A stretch of 64,000 nt of DNA from Chrysomallon squamiferum (GCA_012295275.1 CM022676.1:13020001-13084000); one strand, 5' to 3'. Counted from the first letter of the stretch, positions 20,395-34,480 are shown. Translations and numbers: made by a program. Notes: generated by a model from the sequence alone, not told the origin.

Positions 20395-20556
20395 GTAATA
20401 ATAATAATAATAATATATTTTTGAAATTTGTGTAAAAAATTATGGCTTCTACAGTTTCTGAAGTTAATTTATTTTTATCCCAAATATTTGTTGTCCTTTT
20501 TATTTATTTGTTTTCTTTCTTTCTTTCTAGGCAATGTATATGAAAATACACTGTAA
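11470..20556 (+). CDS. Gene A: Ig x4 + FN3 + TM receptor with ITIM, ITAM-like and YEN motifs (leader/V exons lost in gap)
   Basis: Exons 11470-11730, 15204-15482, 15952-16239, 16611-16871, 17777-~18082, 18301-18453, 18787-18820, 19129-19178, 20065-20163, 20531-20556 splice in frame to ...GNVYENTL*. Confidence 0.9.
13100..13430 (+). mobile_element. MULE (Mutator-like) transposase fragment
   Basis: FSDYVVDSWIED and NHETNGPRTNNNL, resembling the MULE C-terminal RTNN motif; frameshifted. Confidence 0.6.
13471..13743. mobile_element. hAT/Charlie-like MITE
   Basis: Imperfect TIRs cgctggttttca / tgaaaacctatg; flanking 8-mers ttgtaggc / ctgtaggc (7/8 TSD). Confidence 0.65.
14095..14565 (-). mobile_element. 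Tigger/TIGD-like element 5' end with CENP-B-type HTH fragment (other end possibly ~12945-13010)
   Basis: MAPRKVSAKDS...MMSLEL..EFIEKHELGVHIVDLARQYERSTSMICT from ATG 14310. Confidence 0.8.
15204..15482 (+). CDS. Gene A Ig exon 2
   Basis: PPSSSPVV...EGDTVTLNCSITGGNPKPNLNW...NRTQNNKVCECVSSW; 279 nt. Confidence 0.9.
15952..16239 (+). CDS. Gene A Ig exon 3
   Basis: LICSL...GNPAAQFYW...EDNGVWYKCSAGN; 288 nt. Confidence 0.9.
16611..16871 (+). CDS. Gene A Ig exon 4
   Basis: VLRCTADSNP..FEW...SDQGEYTCSAT; 261 nt. Confidence 0.9.
17777..18082 (+). CDS. Gene A fibronectin type III exon
   Basis: TSVDLKW...ISHLKSNSSYRFKIYSSAN; donor at 18076 or 18082. Confidence 0.85.
18301..18453 (+). CDS. Gene A transmembrane exon
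   Basis: ATLGTGIGTGIGIGIGIGLVVGIILICVIETIILLILKRRGYTIR|G. Confidence 0.9.
18787..18820 (+). CDS. Gene A cytoplasmic microexon (34 nt)
   Basis: tttcag|GSDSKNDNEMVT|gtgagt. Confidence 0.8.
19129..19178 (+). CDS. Gene A cytoplasmic exon completing ITIM VTYQDV
   Basis: cacag|(T)YQDVSMDSAQETAVRS|gtaac. Confidence 0.85.
20065..20163 (+). CDS. Gene A ITAM-like exon
   Basis: EHSQIPTTQYECLQSRDAPAYEKLKVSDNRPSS; 99 nt. Confidence 0.85.
20531..20556 (+). CDS. Gene A terminal exon
   Basis: ttctag|GNVYENTL*. Confidence 0.85.
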
Positions 20557-20594
20557 TTAATTCAACATCCAGACATTACTAAGATGAAATTTTT

Positions 20595-20694
<100 letters not shown>

Positions 20695-20720
20695 AGAAAC
20701 ATTTCACAAAATACAGATTT

Positions 20721-20803
<83 letters not shown>

Positions 20804-20829
20804 GTAGTAATAACGCGATACAAGACTAT

Positions 20830-20905
20830 TACCTAGATGGAGTACAACTCCTGTACCCGCAAAAATACTTTCTTGTTTCTGTCATCATTGTTTGATACTG
20901 TCTAG
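20830..20905 (+). pseudogene. Internally deleted promoter/leader cassette (no ATG)
   Basis: acctagat...aactcctgtacccgc joined directly to cttgtttctgtcat...gatactgtctag. Confidence 0.7.
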
Positions 20906-21470
20906 ATTGGTAGTGTGACACCAATATAAAATCTTAGCAACTTCAGCAGAATCTTTTCGAAATTTTTGGAGTTTAACCTATGGAGTTTTTGTGTGCTGAG
21001 AATGATAGAAAACTAGAACAGTATCTAGTTCAGTACTTTGATTTATTGTAACTTTTATTTAATTAATCTGTTGGCACTACGATAATATAAAGGAAAGCAA
21101 CTCTTGTCTGATGTATTTTCAACGTTTTCAATCTAACTAGAGATTACGATTTGCATATTCTAGAAGCATATTCTATAATTATAACAATACACAAATTATT
21201 TTTATTTTCATTTTCTCGTTGTACCATTGAATCGTTTTATTGTTCGATTTTTTTTGTTTTTGTTGTTGTTGTTGTTTTGTTGTTTTTTTGTCAGTAGCTA
21301 ATTGAAACAAAATATATTCTCCATTACAAAGAAAGTTTATACGTTATGTATCTTTCCAGAATGTGTAAACGTGCATGTGAATTTAATGATTTCATATTAT
21401 TATACAAACTAAAAGTAAGTGTTGTAAGATGAAAAGAAATCAAGTGACAAATAGAAATAATGTAATATAC

Positions 21471-22145
21471 TGTCACGGGGCCACACCATTAAACATCTTG
21501 GTTGTTTTATTAAGGCTCAGTCTAGAGTAACAAAAGGTGCTTTAATGACCACCTAACAAGGAATATGAACGCTAAATTGACAGCAATCTATATAAATCAA
21601 TAATTATATCTATCGACTAGAGAAATAAAGTATAAGTTAATTATTTAATTATGATTTACAAGTTACTTAATAATACTACATTATATAATCGATAAAACAT
21701 ATATTTAAATAATTGTGCTTAATGATACGAGCAAGGTCATACGGGGAACCAAGACAAAATAAGAATCTGCATGGATGACAGATTAAACAATTAAAATGTT
21801 AGGTATATTAAATGTTACTGACACAGTTTAATTGCGCATTACACCCTATCAAAATAAAAATAGACAATTGATTACCATACTCGCCTGTAAAAACAATGTC
21901 ATTCAAAAACATTACGTTCCCGGCCTGACTGAGTTCTTGTCTTGGACTTTTCCTTCTCTCCTTAATTACTAAGTGCTCACCCCTTTAAAACAACGCCATC
22001 GAGTTGAAAAATTGGCAGCAAAAATGGAAGTCACGGATGTGATTGAACTAACAGTTAGTTATGCAATTTGAATTCCATGACATAAAAATAAACAGCCGGA
22101 TGTCGCATAAAGATACACTTGTTACGCAAACTGAATTTTGTGACA
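21471..22145. mobile_element. Solo LTR-like insertion (675 bp)
   Basis: TGTCAC...GTGACA termini; 5-bp TSD tatac on both sides; related empty site ~31580-31720. Confidence 0.8.
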
Positions 22146-22245
22146 TATACCAAACTATAATTAGACTATTTATTAATATTAAAACAATTGTTGTAGATAT
22201 GTTCCAGAAATGACTTTAAGTAACTTCACATTAATTTTGTATTAC

Positions 22246-22298
<53 letters not shown>

Positions 22299-22640
22299 GG
22301 AGGGGAGATTAATGAGAAGAATGAAAAAATATATTACTAGCATTGATAAAAATCAATAAATAAATAATAGAAAATGAAAAAAAAGCAAAATATGTACATT
22401 TAGGATCAGTTTCAAGAAAAAGGAAATTAACGGTCTATGGGGAATAACTCTAAAATATAATTTCGGAACAGTCACTTTGCTTGTACTTTGAATTAATTTT
22501 AATTTTCTCTTATTCCTTAATATTGGAATAAATGTAATTATTGAGTTCTTGTTTTCAGTATTTTTTAAAACGTAACTATGTTGTAATAGTATTAAATTTT
22601 GTAACATAGTTAACGAAAACGAGTAATCTGAAAATAATTT

Positions 22641-23185
22641 TAGAGTTGTTCCTCTTAGACCGTAACATTAATTTGTTTTCTATTTCATACATAAGATAGG
22701 TATAAAAAAATACCTGTGTGTGTTTTTCTATAAACGTAAAAAAACAAAAATTCATATACTAATAAAAATAAAATAAAGACATGAACGTAAATAATAAATA
22801 TAAATTACTAATAAATATAATAAATGTATATTCGTTCGTTTCGAAAAACTTACCATAAACATAAACTTAGTTTTCATATAATTTAACTTTTTTCGTATTT
22901 TTAGTAATATTATGTAAAATGGCCATTTCTGACTAGATCGCAGTACTAAAATAGAGTTATTCCTCTTAGACCGTTAAGTTACTAATTTATGGTATTGAAT
23001 AAAAGTCCTTCTCTGTTATTATTTAATTTATAATGATAAAAATAAAACGAAGCCTCATATTCCAACAATATTTTAAAATTTCTTTTTAACCAATATATTG
23101 GATAAAAAATTTCTTTAACTGAGATTGAGTCTTTTTAAGTATTGTGCGTAATTGTTAAATAGAGTTATTTCCCTTAGACCGTAAA
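22641..23185. repeat. Three dispersed copies of agagttattcc(c/t)cttagaccgt
   Basis: Copies at ~22641, ~22952, ~23161; probably a non-autonomous element. Confidence 0.6.
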
Positions 23186-23698
23186 TTTGCTGAATTGGTC
23201 GACTTTTTATTTATTTATTTATTTATTATTCCGTAAATATTTCATTAACCGCCAACATTATTAACAATAATTTCATTTTCTTCAGTTGATTAATGCAATA
23301 TTTTCTATTGTTGTAACGAGAAAAAACAAAACATTACACACACAAAAACACGCAGACACACACACATACACACACATACACACACACACACACACAAAAT
23401 AAATAATTCATATTAAACATAATTTATTTCTTTGTTTGTCTAATATACAGTTGAGTTATCCTGCTGAATTAAGTCTAAAATTAGTACGTATTTTTATCTT
23501 TTTCTTAGAAAACTTTTTACAGAAATATGTACTTTTTTTTCTTTCTGGTCCCTCATTGTAAGTGTAAACTGTACGAGTCAAATGTCAAAATTAGGTGTTT
23601 CCCCGCACTGCGTCCATCCAGTCAGCCTCTCTGTGCGTGGCATAGCAAGTAAGAAATTCTTCTTTTTTTCTCTCATAAGGTGACTGAATTTTTATATA

Positions 23699-23757
<59 letters not shown>

Positions 23758-25473
23758 TTGTTTTATTATTTATTAAAATTTTTCTTAATATGGGTCTTTA
23801 TATAATATGTATCTGTCTCACTCGCTCTCTCTCAAATAAATAAATCTAGAATGAAAGAAAGAAATAAAAAAATAAGGAAAGAAAATGAAACATGAAAAGA
23901 GTAAAATATTATAATAATAGTATATACACAAGACTATAGTATAATAATAAACAAATAGGTACATACGCAAGTAAATAAATGAAGAAATAAAGAAAGAGAA
24001 ATAAAAAATAAAAAGAAGGAAAGAAAATTACAAAGTAGAAAGAGTAAAATAAATGTTCCTCTCTTTCTCAACTGATTTCGTGTTTCAGCCGCTTGGAACA
24101 AACGGAAAACAAGTATAATTATAATTTTTTTTATTGTTACAAACTGTTATGTCATTCTGTTTTTATATTATCTTTGTTTTTTGTTTGTCTGAAATAATGT
24201 TATACCAAGACCCTGGTCTGTTTGTGTCATGAATGCATTGCTCGTTCTTTTTAATTTTTATTTTTAACTCTTACCATATCATTCGAAATGCGTCCTGTTC
24301 GATACAGGCTTCTTTTATTTCTTTGTTTTTGAAGGAATAAAAAAACACATAAATATTTCTTTATGTGATATACAACAATTCTGTTAAGTCATTTAGTTTT
24401 GTCATTAATGGATCACACTCTAAACTCTATTGACAATAGTTTTCATACATACTGAATTGCTTTATTTGAAGTAATTGTTATACAAAATACAGCAAATACT
24501 GCATGATGGGCGTATTCTCTTATTCTTCACAATACTACTGAACTATAATGTGCAGCTTTTCTACCAACATTTTCAAAAGCCTTCAATTTGCAATTATACT
24601 CATGTCACAGTAAACTCATGGGAACATACTTTAATAGTGGTGGGTAACACAGCTGGGGGGAGTTGCTGTATGTTCCCTATAATCTCCACTAGCCTTCTAA
24701 CATAATTTCCAGTTATAATTCTATTTCAGAAATTAGTTTTGTTATCCTTTTGTATGCACAAATGCATATTATTTTTTAGTCTGTTAAAATAATAAGAACG
24801 TCTTTCTATCTGTCTATCCATCTATCCTAAATACATATAAAGAAACTGATGCACATAACCAAACACTCATACAAATACAGGAATACACATTTTTAGATGC
24901 ATATTTACATAGATATATGTACACATGTAATGTAATGAAGAAATGTAAATTAATTTCTCTATTTAACTTACGGCTTCTAGATTTGAATATTATTATGTTT
25001 TGTGTAATATTTTCTAATTTCTTTCTAGATTTGCTTTAAGTTCTGAAAGTCAATAAGGTGTTACAGAAATGTGTATCAAACTCTAGTTCAGTTAAGATAT
25101 TCTATATTTATATAATGTTGTATGAATTTGTGAAGGAAAAATAGCACATAATACAAATGCTGATGAACTTCTAACAAACTTAGATTACTAATATTATGTA
25201 ACTGTTAAAACAAATATAAACAGAGTATTGACAACATTAAAATGTGTAAATATGTGTGCATACTAATTTAGTTAGGAAAGATATATATATTTGTAAAACA
25301 TTTGTCTATTTTATTTCTGAATTAACTACACATAAACACTGTGCAATGTAAAATAGATGGGTAATGTATCACAGATGAGTAGCAATGCACATGCATGCAT
25401 GTAAACCAAACATATGCACATATATAGACACATATAAACACATGCTAACAATTATTGAGATCCAAACTCTTTA

Positions 25474-25576
<103 letters not shown>

Positions 25577-27709
25577 CTTACACTGAAAAAGTAAACAAAA
25601 AGCTAATTTTTTTTAAATTAATAGAAACAAGGACAATAAAGTAGTCTGAGCTGCATCTGATTCACTGTTATAACTGGAGTGATATGATGGTTAAAAATGC
25701 TCTAGTCTACCTGATTTTATTGTACGTTTGTTACAGGACTGTGACATGTACATTTTCCTTCTATCTATTTTGCTACAGCAGAAATGTGATCTGTGATATC
25801 CACATCTTCTCAAATAGATGTCTAAATGTTATATACATCCCTCATAACAAGCCAGCTTAATTACTGTCATATACAATTTGAAGTTAGTAATGTTAACGAA
25901 TATTGTAAATTACAATTTTAATATTTAATCTAATCACAAAATTCTGATACATATCTATAATTATTATTATTATTATTTTAATTTTCTTTTATTAACAGGA
26001 ATAAAGTATGGAGGAAAATATATCAAAACCAGACACTGCTGACTCAGTAAAGACAATTATTACATTTATTTATTTCACTATGTTTTAGTATCATTATCAA
26101 AGTTCAAAACTGAACAGAAGATTAATTTTAATTATATTCACCATTATCATTCTATTTAATGTGATCCTTCTATGGACATGATTTCAGTTTTGCCTCTGTT
26201 TTGCGTGAAACACAAGATGGAATAAAACATTGTCAGAGAAAACAATTCTAAATACAATCTATTACTTAAATAATTACAAGCTTGTTAAAGGAAGGAGTGG
26301 AGTACACACATGTATATATCTATACAAACACTGACTGACTGACTGACTGTGTTGTTTCTGCTGTTGTAAATTATATTACAATACATTAAAACATTTAAAA
26401 AAGGTATATAAAATGCAGGAAAACTAGAAGTAAACAGAAAAATAAATGAAAAAGTAAGCTAACTTAAAAAATAAAGACATAAATCTAAAAATGACATCAA
26501 AATAATTTTGAGTAAATTTCGTAAAAGTAGAAAAAATTAAAATAAAACATAAAAAGTCTGGGCTTCCTGTTTTTCTAAAATTGGAGATAGTAACTTTAAC
26601 AAATGTATTGAAGTATAAGTTTAATGTAATAACAAAATTTTAATTTTTTTCAGGAGTAAAGTAAGGGATGAGGCTTAACAGTATGTAAAACTCCAACGAA
26701 GAGACAATTATTTAACTAACCTATAAATACACATTATATATTTATATACAATTACCTATTAATATAATAATATTAACGCAGTTTTATACCTAAATAGTAA
26801 AGTAATATTAAAAATTATGTAAATTTTCAAACTGGAATTGATCTGAAAAATTATACATTTATCACCAATACCAATATTATAATAATTATCATTATTAAAT
26901 TTACATTAATGGTTTTGCATTAGAAGATTTTAGAGTCTTTATATTAAGTACAGCTGAAGGTGAACAGAGGTTACTTGAATGATTAGCACAGGGTCAGGGG
27001 GAGAAATGGGATGTATGTAACTTACTGCTTGATGTTGTTCCTACTGTTGTTGATTCAAATATAAACACACTAAAATAAATAAAATAACAAATACAAATGA
27101 ATTAAGCTTTTGTACAATTAAAAAGTCAATAAATGGAGTAAATACATTTTAAAAATGATAAACAAAAATCTCCAACAAATAATAATATTATTATTACTAT
27201 TCTTATCATTGTGTGATATCAAAGGACAAGCTAATGTGAGAAGTGTAGTCTGATTACTAAAACAAGACAAGTAAAAGTAATATCTAATTCACAAACTATA
27301 ATTTCAGATAATAAATCAGAAATATAATCATATCAAATGTAAATATTCTGTTTAGTCTCATTAAAACATCCATACAGGACATTCCACAACAAAACACACT
27401 GACAGCACATGACAACAATTCCATATTGGTAAATTCTGAGTTCAGGCCAAAAATACTCAAAGGGGTTTATTTGTGGGAAAAAAATAATAATAAAAAAATA
27501 CAAATCTCTGCATTATATAAAAACAAAGTTTGTAATAATACTGATGCTCTATCATCTATGGGAGAATACAAGAAACAGAAAATAATCTGGGGTTTGAAGA
27601 TACTCACAATTTTAGTTAATATATTTTTAATCTGTTATAGAAGTTCTTAATGCAAACGTAATCAAGACCGTTAAAAATATTTTACAGTGTATAAAAACCC
27701 AGCAGATTT

Positions 27710-27749
<40 letters not shown>

Positions 27750-28059
27750 TGCATTAAGCTATACATTTATCTATGGTAATAAGCCTAATAGTTTGGAATA
27801 CTCAGTCTGTAAGGAATACTCAGTCTGTAAGAAAAACTATCAATATAATACAGATATTTTTTAAAACTACTGTTTTGTTATATCAGAGATAAAAGACAGA
27901 AATGAAGTTTTCCTTGCTTAGTTAAGCAGAATCCAGAAACAATCAATACATCTAGAATTTAATTAAAATAACCTATCATGTTGTGTAGTAGCTAAGTGTA
28001 ATGATCTGAATCATATAAAAAGTTTGGAATTGAAATCAGTTAAATTTGAAATTATTTAA

Positions 28060-28772
28060 TTTGTTATTTATTTTTCACATTAATGATGGAAACATGTATC
28101 TGTGAATCCTGTACAATGTGATAATCAACATCAGTGTGATTCTGTCTGGCAGGATTTTGGCTGACTGTTGTCATCAACTCCATTCAGTGAATCAGTGACT
28201 GACTGTTGACAATCTTCAGATCTTGTGTGTTCTTTACAGACATCTTTACTAGCAGGTTGACTTGCAGGTTGTATAGTGATTTCATTACGTGAGTAATCTT
28301 CAGACCTTTCATCCTCTTCATCATTCCCTTGATACCTGGGTGAAGATTCATTAGCAATCCTAACTTTGACAGACTATGAACTTTCTACCTCTTCATTGTG
28401 ACGTTTTTTGAAAATGTTCTGTTGGATGTTAGAATTTTCTTCTGCTTTTCTAATAGTAAAATCTGTTGTTTCAGTTTGAATCTTTTCAATGTCTCTTTCA
28501 CTGACCAATCCAACATTGTTAGCTGAACAAACCAAACTTTTCCCATTATCTTCTGTATTAAATTGTTCATTTAAACTGCTCCTTGTTACAATACCAGAGT
28601 CAACAATTGTCTCAGTGGAGCTGGTAATGCCGTCTGTTATCTTTGAACCATCTAAAGTCCATGTGATTACAGCTTCTGGATGGCAAGGGTCGGTTGAACA
28701 GGTCAGTTGTGTAAGAATTGCTGGCTTTCTTGGAGTTGATCCAGTTGTTATAGAAACTTTTTTCCAAAGGAA
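28060..28772 (-). pseudogene. Gene D: inverted pseudogene; Ig domain fused directly to a gene-C-like cytoplasmic tail
   Basis: TQLTCSTDPCHPEAVITW...EDNGKSLVCSANN runs into DIEKIQTE...KAEENSNIQ, homologous to 47395 onward; premature TAG at 28374-28376; 3' homology to 47830-48330 continues to ~26900. Confidence 0.8.
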
Positions 28773-29699
28773 CTTGAAAATGAAAATGAAACAATAAATA
28801 CGGAAATCCTCTGAATTTATCATTAATATGTTTTTAAAACAACAGGAGATGAAGTGGCACATGGTTATAATATTTGTTTTCAGATTTTGAGTTTCACAGA
28901 ATATTTAGGCAACGTTTATTGCTGTAAGATTTCATTTACCGTGTGAAAATCTTTCACCATTATATGTTGATATCCATCAACCATTAACAAAGAAAATTCA
29001 AAATCTGGATAGTGGTTCAAAACCTTTGATGTTATAGAAAACAGAAGATAGATGTTTATAATGCACTGTCCTTGAAGGGCTGTTGAAGAGTATTTTGGAG
29101 GTTTTAAAATACTGGTCAGATTTGGATATTTACAAAAAAAGTTGCTTGTACAACTAATCTATTATGTGACCAGGTACGCTGTGACTATCTAATTAAACTT
29201 GATGGAAAGAATCTTGAGAAGAAACTGATGGATGACACAAGCAATGAAAGTACATTTCAAATTTTAAAAGAAAAGTCCTATTCATGTTTATATCGTGTTT
29301 GCAAATGAAAACCAAATAAAACTGCAATCCCTGTCTATTTTTTAGAAGTTAAAAAAGAAAAAACACCAACAAAATGGTGTTGCGACAGAAACTTTAAAAA
29401 AGGAATCTAGAGCTTACTTATGAAGAGTACTGTTATGAACATTTGACCCCCAATGCTAAAAGTAATCACAAATTTGGATTTGGTAAGGAATTACCTTTCC
29501 ATCAACTATAACAGACTGCTGTTTACTGAGATATGTCGGTCTGAAAACTGGTGGTTCAGCACACTTTGGCCACAAATATCAAATTTGAATCACCTGTTAA
29601 AATGATTGAGAACAACATAGATACAAAATGAAGAGTTTACTGAAGTGTTTGTCGCTTTTGTAAAAGATATCTGATTATTCTATATTATCTATAAGACGA

Positions 29700-30418
29700 C
29701 ATATAATTTCATCCTCGTTTCAAGAACTTATATAATGTATACTTCTATCTTATCTGCTGAAAATAATAACGGAACGGATATTTTCACACAAGATCTATAC
29801 CAGTGAGATATTTAAATTTCTCATTTACTGTAATAAAATATTTTCATTGTAAGATGAGTGTCTTATTTCAGTTTCATTCAATAATTTACTATTTTCATTT
29901 ACTTCACGTTTCAAACTGGAAAGCGGGCTTTGATCCCCAAAAAACTCATGTAATTAAGAACATAATATTTTTAGTTTTTTTGTCTGTCTTTTCACCGTCT
30001 AACATGCATCAGTTTAGTAAATGTCTTAGGTTAAATATAAACAATTAATCGATAAAAGAATACCATCGTTAATAATTAATATTTTGATAGAAAAATACAT
30101 GAATTAGATATAAAATAAGCAATTACTTACCGATTCTCAAGTGAATGATATTAACACGTCACTAAGTAAACAGGTACAGAGTATTTGTTACATTCAAGTA
30201 TGTTGTAAGTGTCGTACACGCTTTGCTGGGTGAAGCCAATGGTATAGCGTACAATACAAAATATACACACGTTTTATAAATAGCGAAATTTCAATAACTA
30301 ACAAATTAAAAATTACTCTACAGTAGAATGACAGCGATATAGAAATGAAACACAATAACTTAACCTAGATAGACACCGCTCATGTACCCGCAAGAAACGT
30401 TTACTCACAACATTCACA
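29700..30418 (+). promoter_or_regulatory. Duplicated ~700 bp upstream/promoter block
   Basis: Homologous to ~51870-52660 and ~61780-62487; ends in TAACCTAGAT...TGTACCCGCAAGAAAC. Confidence 0.7.
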
Positions 30419-30473
30419 ATGGCGATAGTGAGATACTTACTTGTTTCTGCTTCGATTGTTGGATATTGTTTAG
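30419..30473 (+). CDS. Orphan signal-peptide exon
   Basis: MAIVRYLLVSASIVGYCL-G|gtaag; no cognate Ig exons found downstream. Confidence 0.7.
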
Positions 30474-30736
30474 GTAAGTTTTATTGTTATTATTTAATTC
30501 ATACATTAAAACACACATGTTAGATATTAGCGATATAAACCATGTACTGAAAACTTATTCAGTCTGTGACCCGGTTACAGCTAGTTTCGTGTTGAATTTT
30601 AACTTGAAGTTTTATCACTGTATGTTACATAAACTGAACAACGTCTCTGTGAGAAGTGAATGACTCGTTCTGTGAAGACCCAGTTTCATCTTAGATGTAA
30701 GCAATGTTATACATATCACAGTTTGCGACGTATATT

Positions 30737-30775
<39 letters not shown>

Positions 30776-31359
30776 TACAATAAAATAAAAATAATAATAC
30801 TAAGAATTATATAATAAATAAAGAAAGAAATAAAGAAATAAATAATAGTTATAAAGAGATGTGCATTATCATATTCTGTTGAAAACAGAGAAGTTAAGAT
30901 TTTGTTTTATTTCGATGTTGTGAAGTGCAGTGTTCTACAGTGATAGTAAAATGTACAGTGACAGCTAGTATTGTGTTATAATGTTACAGCGCATTGACAC
31001 ACTGATTATGAAAAGTTTCGTATGTGATGTAAAAGTTTTAAATGTATACCCTGTTATTAACAGAGTACTTCCTTCTATTAATGTTGAATATCAGTTAAGT
31101 TGCATAATCGTAGCTGTTTGAAAAGTCCATTTCTTTATTTTCTTCCTAAAGGTAAATCTTTCTTCTGTTTATATATTTATATACAATTATTTACCTAGAT
31201 TCTTAATTAATATATGCTAATCGTATGCTAGCTATTGATGACTTGCAGTATTTAGAATATATCATTTAAGAAATATTTTAATTAATATAAAATAGCACAG
31301 TTCCGACAAAAATAATAATAATAATAATGAAAATTAAAATTAAAATTAAACTAATTAGT

Positions 31360-31458
<99 letters not shown>

Positions 31459-32070
31459 GAAGTTTAGTTCCTTAGGTTTGTATCGCTCCGTGATTTGTAC
31501 AAGGGAATGTGAATTTAATCATTTTATATTATTGAACAAACACGTTACACAGAGCGAGTATCATAAAAATAATAACTGATGTAAGATGAAAAAAGTTATC
31601 ATGTGATAATTAGAAAAAACATAATATAAAAAAATAAATTAGATTATTTATTAGTATTCATAAAGTTAAATTTTATTTAATAAATAGAAACATTCCAGAT
31701 ATAAGGATACGACTTCAAGTAAATCAATTAATTGTAAATGAAATTTGGCAATTATGGTTTGTTACTTAAACGAAAGGACACAGTAATTTAACCTAGATAT
31801 AATAGGTGTATCCGGTACAAAAAAAAAAGAAAGAAAGACAGTGCACATAATGCCTTTCTTACATTATCTACTTGGTGTTTTTCGCAAAAGTCATGAACAA
31901 ATTAAAGAATGAAACAATGATACTATAGTGCATATTTCCCTTCATTCTATAAACATGGCTTAATTAATTTAATAGTTAATACCAGGCTAAGCGAGAATAA
32001 TTTTATATAAGTCAGAAAGAATTAGTCTCTCTGCAATATAGCGCTGTAGTAATAATGTGGCACAATAAGT

Positions 32071-32190
32071 TAACCTAGAAAAAGTTCAACTCGTGTACCC
32101 GGAAAAAACAAGTTTAGTGACAACTTTCACAATGCGCTGTTGAGATATTTACTTGTTTCTGTTTTGACTGCTAGATACTGTCTAGTTAAT
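32071..32190 (+). pseudogene. Dead promoter/leader cassette
   Basis: Same upstream motif, but ATG CGC TGT TGA (1-nt loss). Confidence 0.75.
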
Positions 32191-32319
32191 TATTTCTTTC
32201 TTTGTATTATTATTTTTAAAATTGTTATTATTTTTTTAATATCTTTCGTTGATACATGTTAGATATTACCGAAAGTAAGATCCATGTACTGAAAACGTAG
32301 AACCTTTATTCAGTCTGTT

Positions 32320-34227
32320 GATATTTATGTAAATGAGGAGAAGCTGAATTTCACTGACTTTTTAGAAAATATTTCTGAGAACCTGCTTGAATGTGGGAGT
32401 GGACTTTATGAAGCAAATTTTAGAACTAAGAGAAAAAAAGACTGAATAAGGAAATATGTACTGAATGATATATATTAGTATTTGAACCATATTTCAAATG
32501 TAAGTTTATTTTTTCCGACTAAACTAATTAAACACACTTCTTCCACTATAGTTCCAACATTATTTTCAAGGCATTGCCAGATTAATAGAAAATTCAAATA
32601 AAAAGAACAGTTGTGAAACTGGAGTCACCTCGTGAGTAAATTTTTCGCTTTTTTATTTTTTTTATATATTTTTTCGTATTAGTAATAAATACTCTGCTCA
32701 AAACCTTTATGGATTCTGTGATGATGGCCTCCAGTTCACAGTCTTAACTAGGATTATGCTGAGAAGTGATGTGCCTAAATAACTTTGATGATTTTTAACA
32801 AAGGTGGAGGCAGATTGAATTGCTTAAATGTACACATACATTATACCATGTCTTTGATAAACAAACGAGACACTAGCAGTCACGAGAGATGCTAGAATGA
32901 GTACAGTTTGAATTATATTCCGTTATACAGACACACAAAATAAGTATCCGATGTTAATAATTGTAGATTTTGAAAAAACGTTTTGATACAATTTCGTGGA
33001 ATTTTATTTAAAAAAAAAAAAATAAAAAATAATAATAAATTAATTAATTAAAATTAAAATTAGAAAAAATAATCAAATAATCAAAAAGAAAATAATAATA
33101 AAATAAAATAAATGCTTCTTTAAGTTTGAGGCCTCCATTCAAAGATGAAAATCGATTTTTTATAAGGAATTCGAATCGTGTTTATACCTAAATAGTAAGA
33201 TCACTGAATGCTCCAAATTTAGCAGAGGATAACATAGACTAAGAGATCGGTTTATACCCTATATTTTATGTTGAGATTGTTGGAATCTTGGCACAAATAA
33301 CAAAGATATACGGGTCTCAGATAAACGGCTATGAAATCAAAATTTCGTTATCATATAAAATTAGGCGAAGGCCGAAATGATCAAAGAAAAATGTGTTAAA
33401 AACACAATTTAAAATGGACTACAAAACAGTACAACACTTTGGGTACGGTTTTTCAGGGATCTGTATCAAATTCAAGAATTAAACTGTAATGCAAAGTTGA
33501 ATGAGGTGAAAAGGCTGCTTGAACACTCATCCAAACGATTTCTGTCACCACTAGGAAAAATTACTGTATTCCAAAGTTTAGTTTTATCGACATTTGTTTG
33601 TGTTGTTCTTCACAGCGAAGCCGAACAGACTCATTCAATTAGAAACCTATTTCTTTCTGCTGATTTGGAATTAAAAACCCGATAATATGGCTGGAAAACA
33701 AATTCAGAATTAAAAGTATGTATTTGAACCAAGACATTGCATCTCTTTTGAATAATTGTTTACAGTCAAGAGCTTCATCAATATTAGTCAGCCTACAGAA
33801 AAGCAAATCACTGATATGCAACAATCCCCCTTCGAAAAATGTATTACTTACTTTCTAGAGAAATGTGAAGCTGCATGGGACAGGACAAAAATACTAAGTC
33901 TACTGATTTGGTATAATTCTCATGTTAAAATTGACATTAAATGTGTTTATCATAATATATGGGCAAATAAAGGAATTTTATTTTAAAAAAAAACAAATAT
34001 ATATATATATATATATATGTATATTATAAACTCTCTTTACAGACGAAATAACATTATTAATACCAGGAATTCCTGTCTGGAAGCCATCTGCTTAAAATAA
34101 ATGTTTGTAAAAACAAAAACAAAAAATATAGTATAATAGAAACTACTTCAAAGCATAAAATAAATGCTAAAATAAAATGGATTTCAAAATGTTCAGATCA
34201 TGTATTATTACAGTAGTAGTAGCAGTA

Positions 34228-34277
<50 letters not shown>

Positions 34278-34480
34278 TATTTATTTGTTAGAACATTAAT
34301 GACAGTATGTAAATCCAGGATTTCATTAAAACACCAGATGCTTAGACAGATCAGACACAAGATTGTAAACACTTATAAGTATGGAATAGTACAAATTTTA
34401 AATTCAGTGGTACAGATATTGCTTTGTGTTAAGAAAAATCCGTTTTATTCGATAATTCATGTCATATGTCATCAAACATA
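32320..34480 (+). mobile_element. Highly degenerate Tx1/L1-like LINE (RT and C-terminal remnants)
   Basis: VDFEK.FDTISW at ~32963; RFLSPLGKITVFQSLVLS; IWYNSHVKID...WANKGI. Confidence 0.8.

Noticed and set aside
11470-20556. Naming gene A/B nephrin, hemicentin, Dscam or FREP
   Set aside because: Only generic Ig/FN3 similarity; domain count and tail do not match, and there are no alternative-exon arrays or fibrinogen domain
20531-20556. C-terminal PDZ-binding motif (ENTL/ENTV)
   Set aside because: The -2 residue is Asn, not matching class I-III consensus
28939-29594. Possible upstream exons of pseudogene D
   Set aside because: Splice-like ends, but stops and no recognisable Ig motif
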